A stretch of 64,000 bases of DNA from an uncultured delta proteobacterium (GCA_963769935.1 CAVYNY010000014.1:84392-148391); one strand, 5' to 3'. Shown: positions 28,799-39,132, numbered from the stretch's first letter. Made by a program: numbers and translations. The notes: generated by a model not told the origin, from the sequence alone.

Positions 28799-28904
28799 CT
28801 CACACAGAGCGCTCCGAGATCACAGAGGTCTGGGTTTACAGGCGCCTGCGGCGAAAGAAAAATGTTCTCTGCGGTCTCTGTGAACTCTAACGAAGTGGGC
28901 GTGA
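28799..28904. repeat. Palindromic REP-like element (cacagag...ctctgtg)
   Basis: cacacagag...cacagag on the left arm; ctctgcggtctctgtg on the right arm. Confidence 0.55.
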
Positions 28905-28934
28905 TATTAAATCCAACTGTGTCCGATTTCCAAA

Positions 28935-29085
28935 AGTTTCTTTTATGATCAGACCGGCCGTTGTTTTGGCCGGCGGCGGCGCTTATATGAAACTACATTA
29001 AGTTTCTTCTACGATCAGACTGGCCGCCGGCGGCCAGGGGCGGTGCTCGTGTGAAATATTAGAGTTTCTTATACGATCAGACTGG
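28935..29085. repeat. Tandem ~62-66 bp REP/MITE-like units bounded by GTTTC...GAAA(C) (2.5 copies)
   Basis: gtttcttNtaYgatcagacYgg starts at 28936, 29002 and 29064; each full unit has an internal ggcc hairpin and ends RtRtgaaa. Confidence 0.75.
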
Positions 29086-29113
29086 AAGTTAAATCGCAAA
29101 AAGGAGGTTTCAA

Positions 29114-29797
29114 ATGCCGGTAAAAGTCACATGGTACAGCCATGCCTGTTTTTTAATTGAAACCGATAAAGCCAGACTGCTGGTGGATCCCTTCATTACC
29201 GACAACCCGCTCTCACCGGTAAAGGCCGACGACATCCAGGTCGACTATATTTTTGTATCCCACGGTCACGGCGATCATGTGGGCGACAGCGTCCCGATAG
29301 CCAAACGGACCGGAGCCATGGTGGTATCGAATTATGAGATTCAAAACTGGATGGTTGCCCAGGGCGTTGAAAACGTTCATCCTCTGCATATCGGCGGCGG
29401 GTTTGACTGGCCCTGGGGGCGGGTCAAATTGACCATGGCCCAGCATGGGTCGATGCTGCCGGACGGATCTTGCGGCGGCAACCCGTGCGGTTTCCTGTTT
29501 TACATCGATGGCAAAAAGATCTATCATGCCTGTGATACGGGTTTGTTTTACGACATGAAACTCATCGGCGAGGAAGGCATCGATTTGGCCATATTGCCGA
29601 TCGGCGATAATTTTACCATGGGGCCCGATGATGCGCTGCGCGCCGTGAAGCTGATAGAACCCAACCAGGTGGTACCCATCCATTACAACACCTTCGATGT
29701 AATTAAACAGGATCCGCAGGCCTGGGCCATCAGAGTACAGCAGGAAACGACTGCCAAAGTGATGGTGATGAACCCGGGGGACACAATTGAGCTTTGA
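29114..29797 (+). CDS. Metal-dependent hydrolase, metallo-beta-lactamase fold (UPF0173-like)
   Basis: SHGHGDH, LPIGDNFTMGP and PIHYNTF; AGGAGG RBS. Confidence 0.9.
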   Translation: MPVKVTWYSHACFLIETDKARLLVDPFITDNPLSPVKADDIQVDYIFVSHGHGDHVGDSVPIAKRTGAMVVSNYEIQNWMVAQGVENVHPLHIGGGFDWPWGRVKLTMAQHGSMLPDGSCGGNPCGFLFYIDGKKIYHACDTGLFYDMKLIGEEGIDLAILPIGDNFTMGPDDALRAVKLIEPNQVVPIHYNTFDVIKQDPQAWAIRVQQETTAKVMVMNPGDTIEL

Positions 29798-29954
29798 CTG
29801 ACAAGAACCGGGGGATAAAAATTGAACATAGACGATCGGATACAACGGGAAATCCGAAAGCGGGCCTTTAGTCGAAGGCATAGCCTCGAACAGCAGACAG
29901 CCAGTGCACAATACCCGCAAAACACCAGCGCTTATCTTTTTAGATTTTAATAAT

Positions 29955-30097
29955 AAAAATGGTTTCTAAGTGCCGGATTTTATTCGATGGCAAGGCGCGA
30001 GGAGGAGAAAAAGCGCAGCGTACTTCAGTACGTGAGCATTTTTCGACGACGATTTACGCCGACATCGGATAAAAGATGGTATTTAGAAACCATTTTT
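29955..30097. mobile_element. ~140-bp palindromic MITE/REPIN-like element
   Basis: Terminal inverted repeat aaaaatggtttctaagtgcc / ggtatttagaaaccattttt with a central cgtac-ttca-gtacg hairpin; lies between convergent genes. Confidence 0.65.
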
Positions 30098-30130
30098 TTC
30101 CTCAACCTGAGGAATAAGAAGCTAGATCCC

Positions 30131-30334
30131 TCAGCCGGAGGGCTTGCAGGAGGGCGCCGCGAACCCGCCCGAACCGCTGACTGCGCCATGCGCCCTGACA
30201 CATCCGGCCGACATCAGCTTTTGGACATCCCCGCAACTGCACGCGGGGCATTTGGGCGGCGGATCATTGGCGGACAAAGTCAGTTCTTCAAAACAATGGC
30301 AGCAGGCTTTGCACTGGTATTCGTAAATCGGCAT
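30131..30334 (-). CDS. FmdB-family zinc-ribbon protein (possible Sec readthrough to 30122)
   Basis: MPIYEYQCKAC...CPAC...KLMS signature; AGGAG RBS. Confidence 0.85.
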   Translation of the reverse strand: MPIYEYQCKACCHCFEELTLSANDPPPKCPACSCGDVQKLMSAGCVRAHGAVSGSGGFAAPSCKPSG

Positions 30335-30558
30335 GATTAAGACTTACTCCTTCATCTAAATTTTCATATATAATAACGTCTGTACCCGGCAAGTCAAGAT
30401 CTGATGCAATGAATCGGGAGGCATTTTAATCAGCCGGAGTAAAAATCCATATTTGCTTGACATCACGACCCCGATTTTAGATATCTGGAATGACTGCCGG
30501 GATTGATTCAGGCGGTGAAATCACCAATAACCGTCAACAGCCACACCGAACAAATACG

Positions 30559-31275
30559 ATGATCATAGTTACCGATGCCCATATCGGCAAAGCCGCTGAA
30601 AGCCACACCGCCTTTTTCCAGATGCTGGAAGCATTTGAAAAAACCGACCACGACCTGATCTTTCTGGGTGATATTTTTGACCTCTGGATTGCCATGCCCC
30701 GCTACGAGGAAGCCATCCATGCCCAATTCAGGGCCTGGTGCCGCAATCAAAAAACAATCCGCGCCATCGGGTTTTTGGAGGGCAACCACGAATTCTATCT
30801 GGCGGACGAAAAGCCTGAAACGTTCACGTGGTGCCCGAAAGAGGCCTGGCTGCGGGATCATACCGGAGTCCTTTTCGTTCACGGCGATCAAATTAATCGC
30901 CAAGATAAAATATATCTGGGCTTCAAGAAGCTGACCAAAAATAAAATTACAAAATTCATCCTGCGCACCCTGCCTGGCGGGCCTTTACTGATTGGTTCCC
31001 TCCAACTGGGATTAAACCGCCAAGATAATAAAAACCGTGGCTATTTACCCGAGGAAGAAATCGAGAAATTTGCGGAGTCCAGATTTGCCGAGGGCGTCAA
31101 TACCATATTCGTGGGACATTTTCACCGTGAATATCGCTACCGCAATCATGAATCAAAAGAATTGTACGTTTTACCGGACTGGCTCAGCACGCAAAAAATT
31201 ACCATCTATCAGGAGTGCCCGAAGCTGATAAAATCGATCCATTGGAAAGATCTGGCTACGGGAAAGCAGATGTGA
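30559..31275 (+). CDS. lpxH: UDP-2,3-diacylglucosamine diphosphatase-like metallophosphoesterase
   Basis: TDAH, LGDIFDLW, GNHE, VHGD, GHFH and DW motifs. Confidence 0.75.
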   Translation: MIIVTDAHIGKAAESHTAFFQMLEAFEKTDHDLIFLGDIFDLWIAMPRYEEAIHAQFRAWCRNQKTIRAIGFLEGNHEFYLADEKPETFTWCPKEAWLRDHTGVLFVHGDQINRQDKIYLGFKKLTKNKITKFILRTLPGGPLLIGSLQLGLNRQDNKNRGYLPEEEIEKFAESRFAEGVNTIFVGHFHREYRYRNHESKELYVLPDWLSTQKITIYQECPKLIKSIHWKDLATGKQM

Positions 31276-31411
31276 TCATTCCAGGCGGGAGCCGTCGTTG
31301 ATGTTAATTTTAAGGTGCCGTAAATACTAGAAAAAGTTCTCATGCAATAACGGCGGCAAAAGCGATGATCACGGCTGAAAAGAGGGAACGGGTGTATATT
31401 TTTGCTCTGGG

Positions 31412-32215
31412 CTAGATGGCAAAATCGCAATAAACAGGGACATCCCCATCGGAAAGACTACCAGTTGGTGTTTGGCTGGTTTCTTCGGGACAAAATAACC
31501 GGCCATAGTCGATCGTACACGGTGCATTCAAAGATGCCAATTGGGCGGCCGCTTTTTGCAAGGCATTGGTATTGAACACTTTCGGCAGGCGCTTTAATTT
31601 TTGACAAAAGCGTTTTGCGCCCTCAACCTTTTTCAGCAGGGTTTGGATAAGATAATCCGCCGAAACAATCGAACTTGTATCGTATACCGATTTCGGCGGT
31701 CTCAGCACATTGGCAGCGGGAGATACAAGGACATAAGGTTTTATGCGGGGTCTGACAGGAATTCCCAAACGTTTGGGCATGATTTTGTTTTCGGCCAGGG
31801 CTTTTCTAAGAGCCTGGATTCGTTTTCGATTCTCTTCTATGGGTGAATCGACGGATTGATATTTGCGACCGTCGAATACAAGAAATTCCCCAGCGGCCGT
31901 TATTTTAAGACTGTAGGTGTAATTTTTGGACTCGACTAGATAAATGTCGAAAAATTGATTGATCAGGATATGGTCAATTTGGGTGGATGAACCGTTGTTT
32001 TCAATTTTCAAGTCGTGGATAATCGCCCAGTTGCGGGAATCGGCACAATAAAAATTGATAAAACGGACGGCATCTCTGCCGCCATCGTCTACGGGGCTGA
32101 TATTTCTTAATTCCCTTTCGATCAAAAATTTTTTTCTGGGACTCAAATTCAAAGCAAGCAGATCCCTCAGCTCTTCAATCGTCCCATTCCGGCCATCTCT
32201 ATCCTTGATCAACAT
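31412..32215 (-). CDS. NERD (nuclease-related) domain protein
   Basis: IIHDL...TQIDHILI...LVESKNY...SPIEENRK motif. Confidence 0.8.
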   Translation of the reverse strand: MLIKDRDGRNGTIEELRDLLALNLSPRKKFLIERELRNISPVDDGGRDAVRFINFYCADSRNWAIIHDLKIENNGSSTQIDHILINQFFDIYLVESKNYTYSLKITAAGEFLVFDGRKYQSVDSPIEENRKRIQALRKALAENKIMPKRLGIPVRPRIKPYVLVSPAANVLRPPKSVYDTSSIVSADYLIQTLLKKVEGAKRFCQKLKRLPKVFNTNALQKAAAQLASLNAPCTIDYGRLFCPEETSQTPTGSLSDGDVPVYCDFAI

Positions 32216-32604
32216 GTTTCACACCTATAAAAAGTAAAGAATCCTGGCGCAGCCGGCAGGCTTTAATTTCACCATAGATGGCTGGTATAGCCGTCAAAGA
32301 ACCAATGCCCCATGGCATTCGATCATGCCCCTCTTGCCCACTGCTACCGGGAATATATCGGCCATAAAAGACCGTGACTTTAGCTCTTTTCCAAACCCCG
32401 GCGATGAATTTGTTCACCACAATCGATGGATATCGATTTCAATGAAACCAACCAAAGTGGTTTTTGAAATCCGGGAGTAAATGTGATATCTTAAATTTTT
32501 TCGCAGAATTAAATCTGATCGAAGAAAGATTTTGCCAAACAAGGAATCCGGGCCCGGAAAAGCAGTCTGCGGTTCCGGCATATCAGGCTGAGGGATCTAT
32601 AAAA

Positions 32605-33321
32605 ATGAACTTTTTCAGTGGGATAAAATACAACCTGCAGGGCCTGGCGATGAGTTTGAAAAATCCAAAACTGCTCCTGCTGGGTCTTGTAAGGTTTGCC
32701 GTGGTGATTATTATCACCATTGCGTCGGCCAGCGTTATACTGGTTTATCACCAAGAGATACTGGATTTCATGTGGTCCAGACCCGAGAGCCGTTGGGTCG
32801 AATGGCTGTGGTATCTCCTATCCTGGCTGCTATCGGCGGTTTTGGTGGGATTGTCGGCGGTATTATCTTACCTGGTGTCACAGATTCTATTCAGCGTCTT
32901 TATCATGGATCTGATGTCCCGCATCACCGAAAAAAAACTGACAGGTACAATCCGGGCATCTCAGGATACAACTTTGGGGCGGCAATTTTTGTTCCTGGTC
33001 AAACAGGAAATCCCCCGCGCGACAATTCCGGTGCTCCTGACCCTGCTTCTGATGGTACTCGGCTGGTTGACACCGCTGGGACCGGTGATCACTGTCTTAT
33101 CATCGGCGGTGGCCGTGATTTTTCTGGCCTGGGACAATACGGATCTGATCCCTGCCAGGAGGCTGGTGCCGTTCGGCGAACGGTTTGGTATATTGAGACG
33201 CAACCTTCTCTTTCATCTGGGCTTCGGCCTTCTTTTTTTGATTCCGTTTCTCAATATTCTCTTTCTCTCGTTTGCCCCCGTGGGAGCAACCCTGTATTAT
33301 ATCGATAAAATCAACGAATAG
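32605..33321 (+). CDS. EI24/CysZ-domain membrane protein
   Basis: Multi-TM; C-terminal LIPFLNILF...APVGAT. Confidence 0.75.
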   Translation: MNFFSGIKYNLQGLAMSLKNPKLLLLGLVRFAVVIIITIASASVILVYHQEILDFMWSRPESRWVEWLWYLLSWLLSAVLVGLSAVLSYLVSQILFSVFIMDLMSRITEKKLTGTIRASQDTTLGRQFLFLVKQEIPRATIPVLLTLLLMVLGWLTPLGPVITVLSSAVAVIFLAWDNTDLIPARRLVPFGERFGILRRNLLFHLGFGLLFLIPFLNILFLSFAPVGATLYYIDKINE

Positions 33322-33346
33322 CCTGTGATATAAAAGGCCTAAAAAG

Positions 33347-33925
33347 ATGGAAATTCGAAGTGCGGCCAAGCTGACGAACTCAAAATGGTTGAACATGTTC
33401 GAGGTCTCATATGTCGATCCGGCCGGCCGCATCCGCGCCTGGCAGACTGTTACCCGCGCTGCAGAGCCCAAATGCATCACCGGGGAATACAATACGCCCG
33501 ATGCCGTCGTGATTGTCCCTTATCACACGGCAGCCGCCAAGCTGGTAATTACCAGAGAATTCAGGGTGCCGTTGGCGGATTATGAATACGGTTTCCCGGC
33601 CGGCCTGGTCGACAAAGGGGAAACCATTGCGCAGGCAGCCCGCCGCGAATTGAGGGAGGAAACCGGACTCAGACTGACTCGTTGTATCAGGATCAGTCCA
33701 CCGCTGTATTCATCAGCCGGCATGACCGATGAATCCGTGTCGATGGTTTATGGCGAGTGCGACGGACAGCCTTCAACAGAAGGCAATACCGGACCGGAAC
33801 TCATCGAGGTACAACTCATCAACCGGTTGCAGGCAGCGCAATTGTGCCGCAACCCGGCCTTGAAGTTCGATGTCAAGGCCTGGCTGGTGATGGCCGAATT
33901 TGCCGTAAAAGGAAACATACAATAA
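33347..33925 (+). CDS. NUDIX hydrolase (ADP-ribose pyrophosphatase-like)
   Basis: Nudix box [33 protein letters not shown]. Confidence 0.9.
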   Translation: MEIRSAAKLTNSKWLNMFEVSYVDPAGRIRAWQTVTRAAEPKCITGEYNTPDAVVIVPYHTAAAKLVITREFRVPLADYEYGFPAGLVDKGETIAQAARRELREETGLRLTRCIRISPPLYSSAGMTDESVSMVYGECDGQPSTEGNTGPELIEVQLINRLQAAQLCRNPALKFDVKAWLVMAEFAVKGNIQ

Positions 33926-34734
33926 TGACGCAAACGGACTACTACCAGGTCCTGCAGGTGGACCAGAACGCCACGGCCGCCCAAATCAAAGAGGCTTTCC
34001 GCCAGCTGGCATTTAAATATCATCCGGACCGCAACGATGGAGATCCGGCGGCATCCGAGAAGATGAAAAGGATCAACGAAGCCTATGCCGTTTTGTCAAA
34101 TCCGGCCAAAAAAAGCGAATATGATAACTTAAGAACCCGGTTTGGCTCTTCGGCGTACACGCATTTTAGGAAAAACTATACTGAACAGGACATCTTCAGC
34201 GGATCGGACATCAACCACATTTTTGAGGAGATGGCCAAAGCCTTCGGATTGAGGGGTTCCGACGAAATTTTTAGAGAATTCTACGGCCGGGGATTCCAGC
34301 AGTTCGAATTCAAAAGACCGGGCGTCCATACCCGGGGATATGTATTTCGCGGGCCTTGGAAAACAGGTCATCAACCGCGGTCACAATTTCCTCTGAGAGG
34401 GAATATGGGGCATATTGTCCGATTTATGCTAAAAAGAATCGGCGGCGTTCAACTGCCGGAAGACGGCGCCGACATCCACGAAAACATCTATTTGGCTGCC
34501 CGGCAGGCGCTGCAGGGCGGACCTTATGCCTATTATCTGCGGCGCCGGTCCAAAAAGCTGGTGGTCAAAATTCCACCCGGCATCCGCGAGGGTCAGCGCA
34601 TTCGGCTCGCGGGGATGGGTGCGACAGGCAAGGACGGCGGCAAACCCGGCGACCTGTTATTAAAAATTCACATCCGCAAACCGCTGCTGGAGGGCATCAA
34701 AGCGTTTTTTGCCAAACGAAAGGCCAATCCATGA
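33925..34734 (+). CDS. DnaJ-class co-chaperone without Zn finger (CbpA-like)
   Basis: J domain DYYQVL...HPD...[10 protein letters not shown]-terminal [19 protein letters not shown]...GDL. Confidence 0.9.
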   Translation: MTQTDYYQVLQVDQNATAAQIKEAFRQLAFKYHPDRNDGDPAASEKMKRINEAYAVLSNPAKKSEYDNLRTRFGSSAYTHFRKNYTEQDIFSGSDINHIFEEMAKAFGLRGSDEIFREFYGRGFQQFEFKRPGVHTRGYVFRGPWKTGHQPRSQFPLRGNMGHIVRFMLKRIGGVQLPEDGADIHENIYLAARQALQGGPYAYYLRRRSKKLVVKIPPGIREGQRIRLAGMGATGKDGGKPGDLLLKIHIRKPLLEGIKAFFAKRKANP

Positions 34735-35336
34735 AAACGATTGTCTGTCACGGCGACAGCCTGACCGAAGCATCTGATGTGGATAAAAATTGTACCTGGC
34801 CGGCCCTGGTGGAAAACAGATTGAACGTAAAAATTATTAACAGCGGCATCGGTGGTGATACCAGCGGCGGGCTGCTGAGTCGCTTTTATCACGACGTTGT
34901 GCGGCATGGACCGGATATGGTGATCCTCTTGGGCGGCACCAATGATCTTTGGTGGGATCTCGATATCAATTTGATTCAAGCCAACATATACGCCATGACC
35001 TGCCAGGCCGAGTTTCATAATATTACGCCGATCGTGGGCCTTCCCTTGCCCTTGCTGATGGCAAACATCCAGGGTCGGCAGATGATGGCGCCGATCGCCG
35101 GCTGGCCGAAATGCAGACAAAAATTAGCCGACCTGGTAGCGGCGTTGGCAGCTTCAGCCCGCGCAAGCGACATTGCCTTGCTGGATTTCTATCACTTGTT
35201 TCTGGGCCAAAACGGCGAGCCGCTGGCAGAATATTATCTGGAAGACGGTCTTCATCCCAATGAGCAGGGTCATCTGTGCATGTCTGAAAAAACGGTCGAT
35301 TTATTGTGCAATCAGTTTTATTTTAATTTTAAATGA
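34731..35336 (+). CDS. SGNH/GDSL hydrolase
   Basis: [18 protein letters not shown] and DGLHPN blocks. Confidence 0.9.
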   Translation: MKTIVCHGDSLTEASDVDKNCTWPALVENRLNVKIINSGIGGDTSGGLLSRFYHDVVRHGPDMVILLGGTNDLWWDLDINLIQANIYAMTCQAEFHNITPIVGLPLPLLMANIQGRQMMAPIAGWPKCRQKLADLVAALAASARASDIALLDFYHLFLGQNGEPLAEYYLEDGLHPNEQGHLCMSEKTVDLLCNQFYFNFK

Positions 35337-35426
35337 ATATATTGGTACCATGAATAGATCATGGGCAATTCGGCCCGCGGTTTTGCAAGCCGCAGACAAA
35401 CTCGGATCATAACACAAGGAGGACCT

Positions 35427-36104
35427 ATGAAATCGATTCCGCAAATTGCCGAAGAACAGATACACCGGTGGCAAGTCCTGCACAAACAAGCAACTGAAGA
35501 GACCAAAAGAATCCCCGTTGTCACCATCTCCCGCGAACCCGGCAGCGGAGGACGCATTGTGGCCCAGAAGCTCGCCGAAAGACTGGGATTTGAAGTGTTT
35601 CACCAGGAAGTCCTGCACGAAATGGCAAAGGAGGCTAAGATCAGCGAACAGATGCTGAATAACCTCGATGAAAGGGGGCTTTCCATTCTGGAAGATTGGA
35701 TTGCATCTCTGGTCAACAGCCAACATTTATGGCCGGACGAATACCTGCATCACCTCTTGCATGTTATCGGTACGATCGGCAAAATCGGCCAGGCGGTGGT
35801 CGTGGGCCGGGGCGCAAATTTCATTCTGCCTCCAGAACGGCGATTTCGTGTTCGAATTGTTGCATCCCGCAAGTTCAGGATACACAATGTAGCCCGGGAA
35901 TTTGGCCTGACGGAAGAGGACGCCGAGCGCCGTGTTATCAAAACAGAATCAAATCGCCGGGCATTCATGCATAAATATTTTAATGCCGATATTGCCGATC
36001 CCCTCAACTACGATATGGTTCTCAACACGGAAACGTTGAATCTCACGCAGGCCGTCGACGTGATCGCCGCAGCAATGGGATGCATAGTGGAGTGTAAGTT
36101 GTAG
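35427..36104 (+). CDS. Cytidylate kinase-like family protein
   Basis: TISREPGSGG, VGRGANFIL and YDMVLNT; AGGAGG RBS. Confidence 0.85.
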   Translation: MKSIPQIAEEQIHRWQVLHKQATEETKRIPVVTISREPGSGGRIVAQKLAERLGFEVFHQEVLHEMAKEAKISEQMLNNLDERGLSILEDWIASLVNSQHLWPDEYLHHLLHVIGTIGKIGQAVVVGRGANFILPPERRFRVRIVASRKFRIHNVAREFGLTEEDAERRVIKTESNRRAFMHKYFNADIADPLNYDMVLNTETLNLTQAVDVIAAAMGCIVECKL

Positions 36105-36122
36105 CATTTTTACGCTCCGGTT

Positions 36123-37523
36123 TCATTGAATCAGCTGATGGAGTTTTTGAACCGGCTCTGCAAACTCTTCGCCGGAAAAACAGTACTGCATGTCCAGAAA
36201 ACGGCGACGAAGCGCACGCACCTCGTCTTTGACGTCTTTTTGCTTGAGAATGACATCGGCCATCAGCTGGGCTAATTCACCAAAATCTTTCTCCGTCATG
36301 CCGAAACGGGTCATTTCCTGTACGCCGGTCCGCAGCGAGCCGGAGGCGGTAAACCCTTCTTCATCCGGAGCGGCCTGATAGTTGAGGATGATATTGTTGT
36401 CTTCCAGGCGCCGGGCAACTTCCGGCCCTTTGGCATAGCCCACATTCACGATGACCTGATGGGTCTCCGTATAGGAAACGGCAGGATCGCCGGCGACGTC
36501 CAACCCGCAATCCTTCAGAGCCGCGGCAAACGCTTTGGCATTGCTGAGCACCGCCTTCTGATAGTCGTCCTTAAAATAATTCATCTCGTAAGCGGCCAGA
36601 AGCAGCCCCAGCAGCGTTCCCAGATGATGATTGCTCAGGCTGCCGGGAAAGGAGCGGCGTTGAACGGCTTCCCAGAAATCATAAAGCGGATCTTCCTGGG
36701 TATAGTTGGCGGCAATAATACCGCGCTGGGTACCGAAAAACGTCTTGTGCGTCGATCCGGTAACAATGTCCGCACCTTCCTTAAAGGGCTGCTGAAAATA
36801 GGGCCCGACCAGGCCCAGCACATGGGCCATGTCGTACATCAGAATGCAGTCCAACTCGAGTTCATCAATAATGTTGCGAATTTCGGCCACCGGTTCACGG
36901 TGAATAATCATGCTCTTGCCCAGAATTATCAACTCGGGGCGATGCCGTTCGATCAACTCGCCGCAGGCGGCGGCATCGATTTTATAGGGATTTTCATCCA
37001 ATACCGGGAAGTTGACCACCGCCGGTTTTTCCCAGACCGGATCGCGCATCACAAAATCCCGCAACGCCCCCATGGGCTGCGCGCTCAGATGGCCGCCTTT
37101 GATGATGTGGTTATTCATAATCTTGCGAATCCGGCGCTGCTCGCTTTTGCGATCGGCCCGGTTTAAATAATCCACCATGGCGCTGAAGACGGTGACATTG
37201 GCCATCTGGCCCGAAATTAGCCGTGTTTCTACTTCCGTGCAGTCCAGATACTTTTTCAGTTCTGCTTGGAGCAGGCATTCGACCTCCGAAATGAAATCTG
37301 TTCCCTGATAGTAAAAGATATCCGCTTCTTTAAACGCCTTGACCGGTTTGTGTTCGGCATATCTTCCCACCGGGTCCATGATGGAAAGCAGGCGGGTCAT
37401 GGCCGAATAGGAGTGCTCGGAGGGAATCAAATTGATACATTCCTTTTGGCGCCAGATCGTATTGGAAGCCGCCTTTTCGATCAGGGTCCGGACCTGTTTG
37501 GCGGCCGGGTCGTCCGCCGACAT
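36123..37523 (-). CDS. glyA: Serine hydroxymethyltransferase domain (C-terminal part of a probable GcvT-GlyA fusion)
   Basis: INLIPSE, SGQMAN, GGHLS, DMAH and PLP-lysine GSTHKTFFG. Confidence 0.9.
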   Translation of the reverse strand: MSADDPAAKQVRTLIEKAASNTIWRQKECINLIPSEHSYSAMTRLLSIMDPVGRYAEHKPVKAFKEADIFYYQGTDFISEVECLLQAELKKYLDCTEVETRLISGQMANVTVFSAMVDYLNRADRKSEQRRIRKIMNNHIIKGGHLSAQPMGALRDFVMRDPVWEKPAVVNFPVLDENPYKIDAAACGELIERHRPELIILGKSMIIHREPVAEIRNIIDELELDCILMYDMAHVLGLVGPYFQQPFKEGADIVTGSTHKTFFGTQRGIIAANYTQEDPLYDFWEAVQRRSFPGSLSNHHLGTLLGLLLAAYEMNYFKDDYQKAVLSNAKAFAAALKDCGLDVAGDPAVSYTETHQVIVNVGYAKGPEVARRLEDNNIILNYQAAPDEEGFTASGSLRTGVQEMTRFGMTEKDFGELAQLMADVILKQKDVKDEVRALRRRFLDMQYCFSGEEFAEPVQKLHQLIQ

Positions 37524-37530
37524 GGTTTTC

Positions 37531-38779
37531 CTATTCTGCGTGCAGTTGTTCGTAGCGAATCGGCCAGCTATAGGGCGGCGCTTCGTTTCTCAGAAGATAG
37601 GGTACAATGACGGCCTTGAGTCTTTTGCCCCTGATCTCGATTTCAATTTCATCGCCTTCCACCAGCCGGCTGTCCACCAGCGCCAACCCAATGGCCCTCA
37701 TTTTCTTATCTTCGCTCTGAACCGTTGCAAGCCCCACCCCTTGGCTCTGCCAGTAGGGAACCATGGTGCCGCTGGTTACATATCCCACCGGCTCGGCGCC
37801 GCGATATACCACGGCTCCGGCCCGGGCAACACCTTTGTCCAGCAGTTCGATGGGCTGAATCAGATGGGGCAGGTTTTCAATCGAAGGAGTAGTCGCGATC
37901 GACAATTTTTTTATAGGCCTCAAATTGTTCGGCTAAAGGCTGCCTGCCGACAAATTCGCCCTTGAGCGGTGAAAGGCTTACGGCAAAACGCGCCAGACTG
38001 CAGGCAAAAATCGGGATGAGACGCCCCGCCGGATCAAGACCCAGTTCGTGGCCGTAGAGCGGCAAGCCGGCCTCCAGCCGCAGGGTATCGCGCGCCCCCA
38101 GACCCACCGGCCCGGCACCTTTTTGTACGAGCAAATCCCAAATCTGCAGCGCATCCCCACGTTCCATGAACAGCTCAAAACAAATCGGTTCACCGGTATA
38201 GCCGGTGCGGGCGACCAGGACCCGGCTGCCGCTTATAGCAACGGTGCTCAGAGCATTTCTGAGCGGTTCCGGCAGCTTGCCGCCGTCAATGATGTCGGCC
38301 AGAATTTCTTTGGCCAGCGGCCCCTGCAGACTCAGCATGGCCATTTCCATGGTGCGGTCGGCTATGTCCACCCGACCGAATTGATCTTTGAAGGCCCGCA
38401 GGTGGTTCCAGTCCTTTTCACGATTGGCGGCGTTGACCACCAACAGGTATTCATCCGCCACAAAGCGGTACAGATAGGCATCATCGACCGCCCCTCCGTT
38501 TTCATCCGGAATCATGGTATACTGGCCTTCTTCGACTTCGATGGCGGCCGCATTGTTGGTCAGCACGTGCTGCAGAAAATCCAGCGCAGCAGGACCGGAG
38601 ACAACAAACCGTCCCATGTGGGATACATCGAATAGACCGGCCTTTTTACGGGTATTGAGGTGTTCCTGGACAATGCCGGTTTCATATTGCACCGGCATAT
38701 CCCAGCCGCCGAATTCCACCATCTGGGCACCCAGGCTGACATGCTTTTCGTAAAATACGGTTTTGAGCAGCTCTTCCAT
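37531..38779 (-). pseudogene. gcvT: Glycine cleavage T aminomethyltransferase with a +1 frameshift near 37883 (pseudogene or sequence error)
   Basis: N-part has FGGWDMPVQY, LFDVSHMG, RTGYTGE and GLGARDTLRLEAG; C-part (GYVTSGT...IGLALV) continues in the next frame after TAC TCC TTC G ATT GAA. Confidence 0.85.
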
Positions 38780-38834
38780 GTTAATCTCCCTTATCGGCTG
38801 AAGTTTTGGAAAGGCAAATAGTTCGAAGAAGGTT

Positions 38835-38863
38835 AGAATAAATAAAAGCGACCGCTGTGTCAA
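38835..38863 (-). promoter_or_regulatory. Sigma70-type promoter of gcvT-glyA
   Basis: Minus strand TTGACA-17 nt-TATTCT about 55 nt upstream of the start. Confidence 0.6.
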
Positions 38864-39132
38864 ATAAATATCCAGCCCCTGTATGCCAAGGCCTCAGATC
38901 GCTTCGACCGCAGAGAAATAAAAAATTTAATTGACACATTAACGGTATAGCTATTAGAATTTATTTAAAAACTAATCATTTTACCCAACGGGGGCGCAAT
39001 ACCGGCCCAAAGCGGATTTTGTGCTGGGCCCATTTTGCTGTTAATTCAGAAATAATACAGGCTCTTAATGCATATCGTATATATAAAAACCCTTCAATAT
39101 TCAAACCGCAATCACAAGATAGGAGCCCGGGT

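Noticed and set aside
28935..29085. CRISPR array (repeats begin GTTTC and end GAAAC)
   Set aside because: Units are ~57 nt and degenerate, separated by only about 6-8 nt; there are no spacer-length unique sequences and no cas genes.
29987..30340. 117-aa plus-strand ORF
   Set aside because: It spans the palindromic element and is antisense to the FmdB gene.
37877..37879. Selenocysteine readthrough of the TGA in gcvT
   Set aside because: Homology continues in a different frame, so readthrough would not restore the protein.
38780..38960. Glycine riboswitch upstream of gcvT
   Set aside because: No GGAGA / CCGAAG / CTCTCAGG motifs were seen, and the predicted promoter leaves only a ~50-nt leader.
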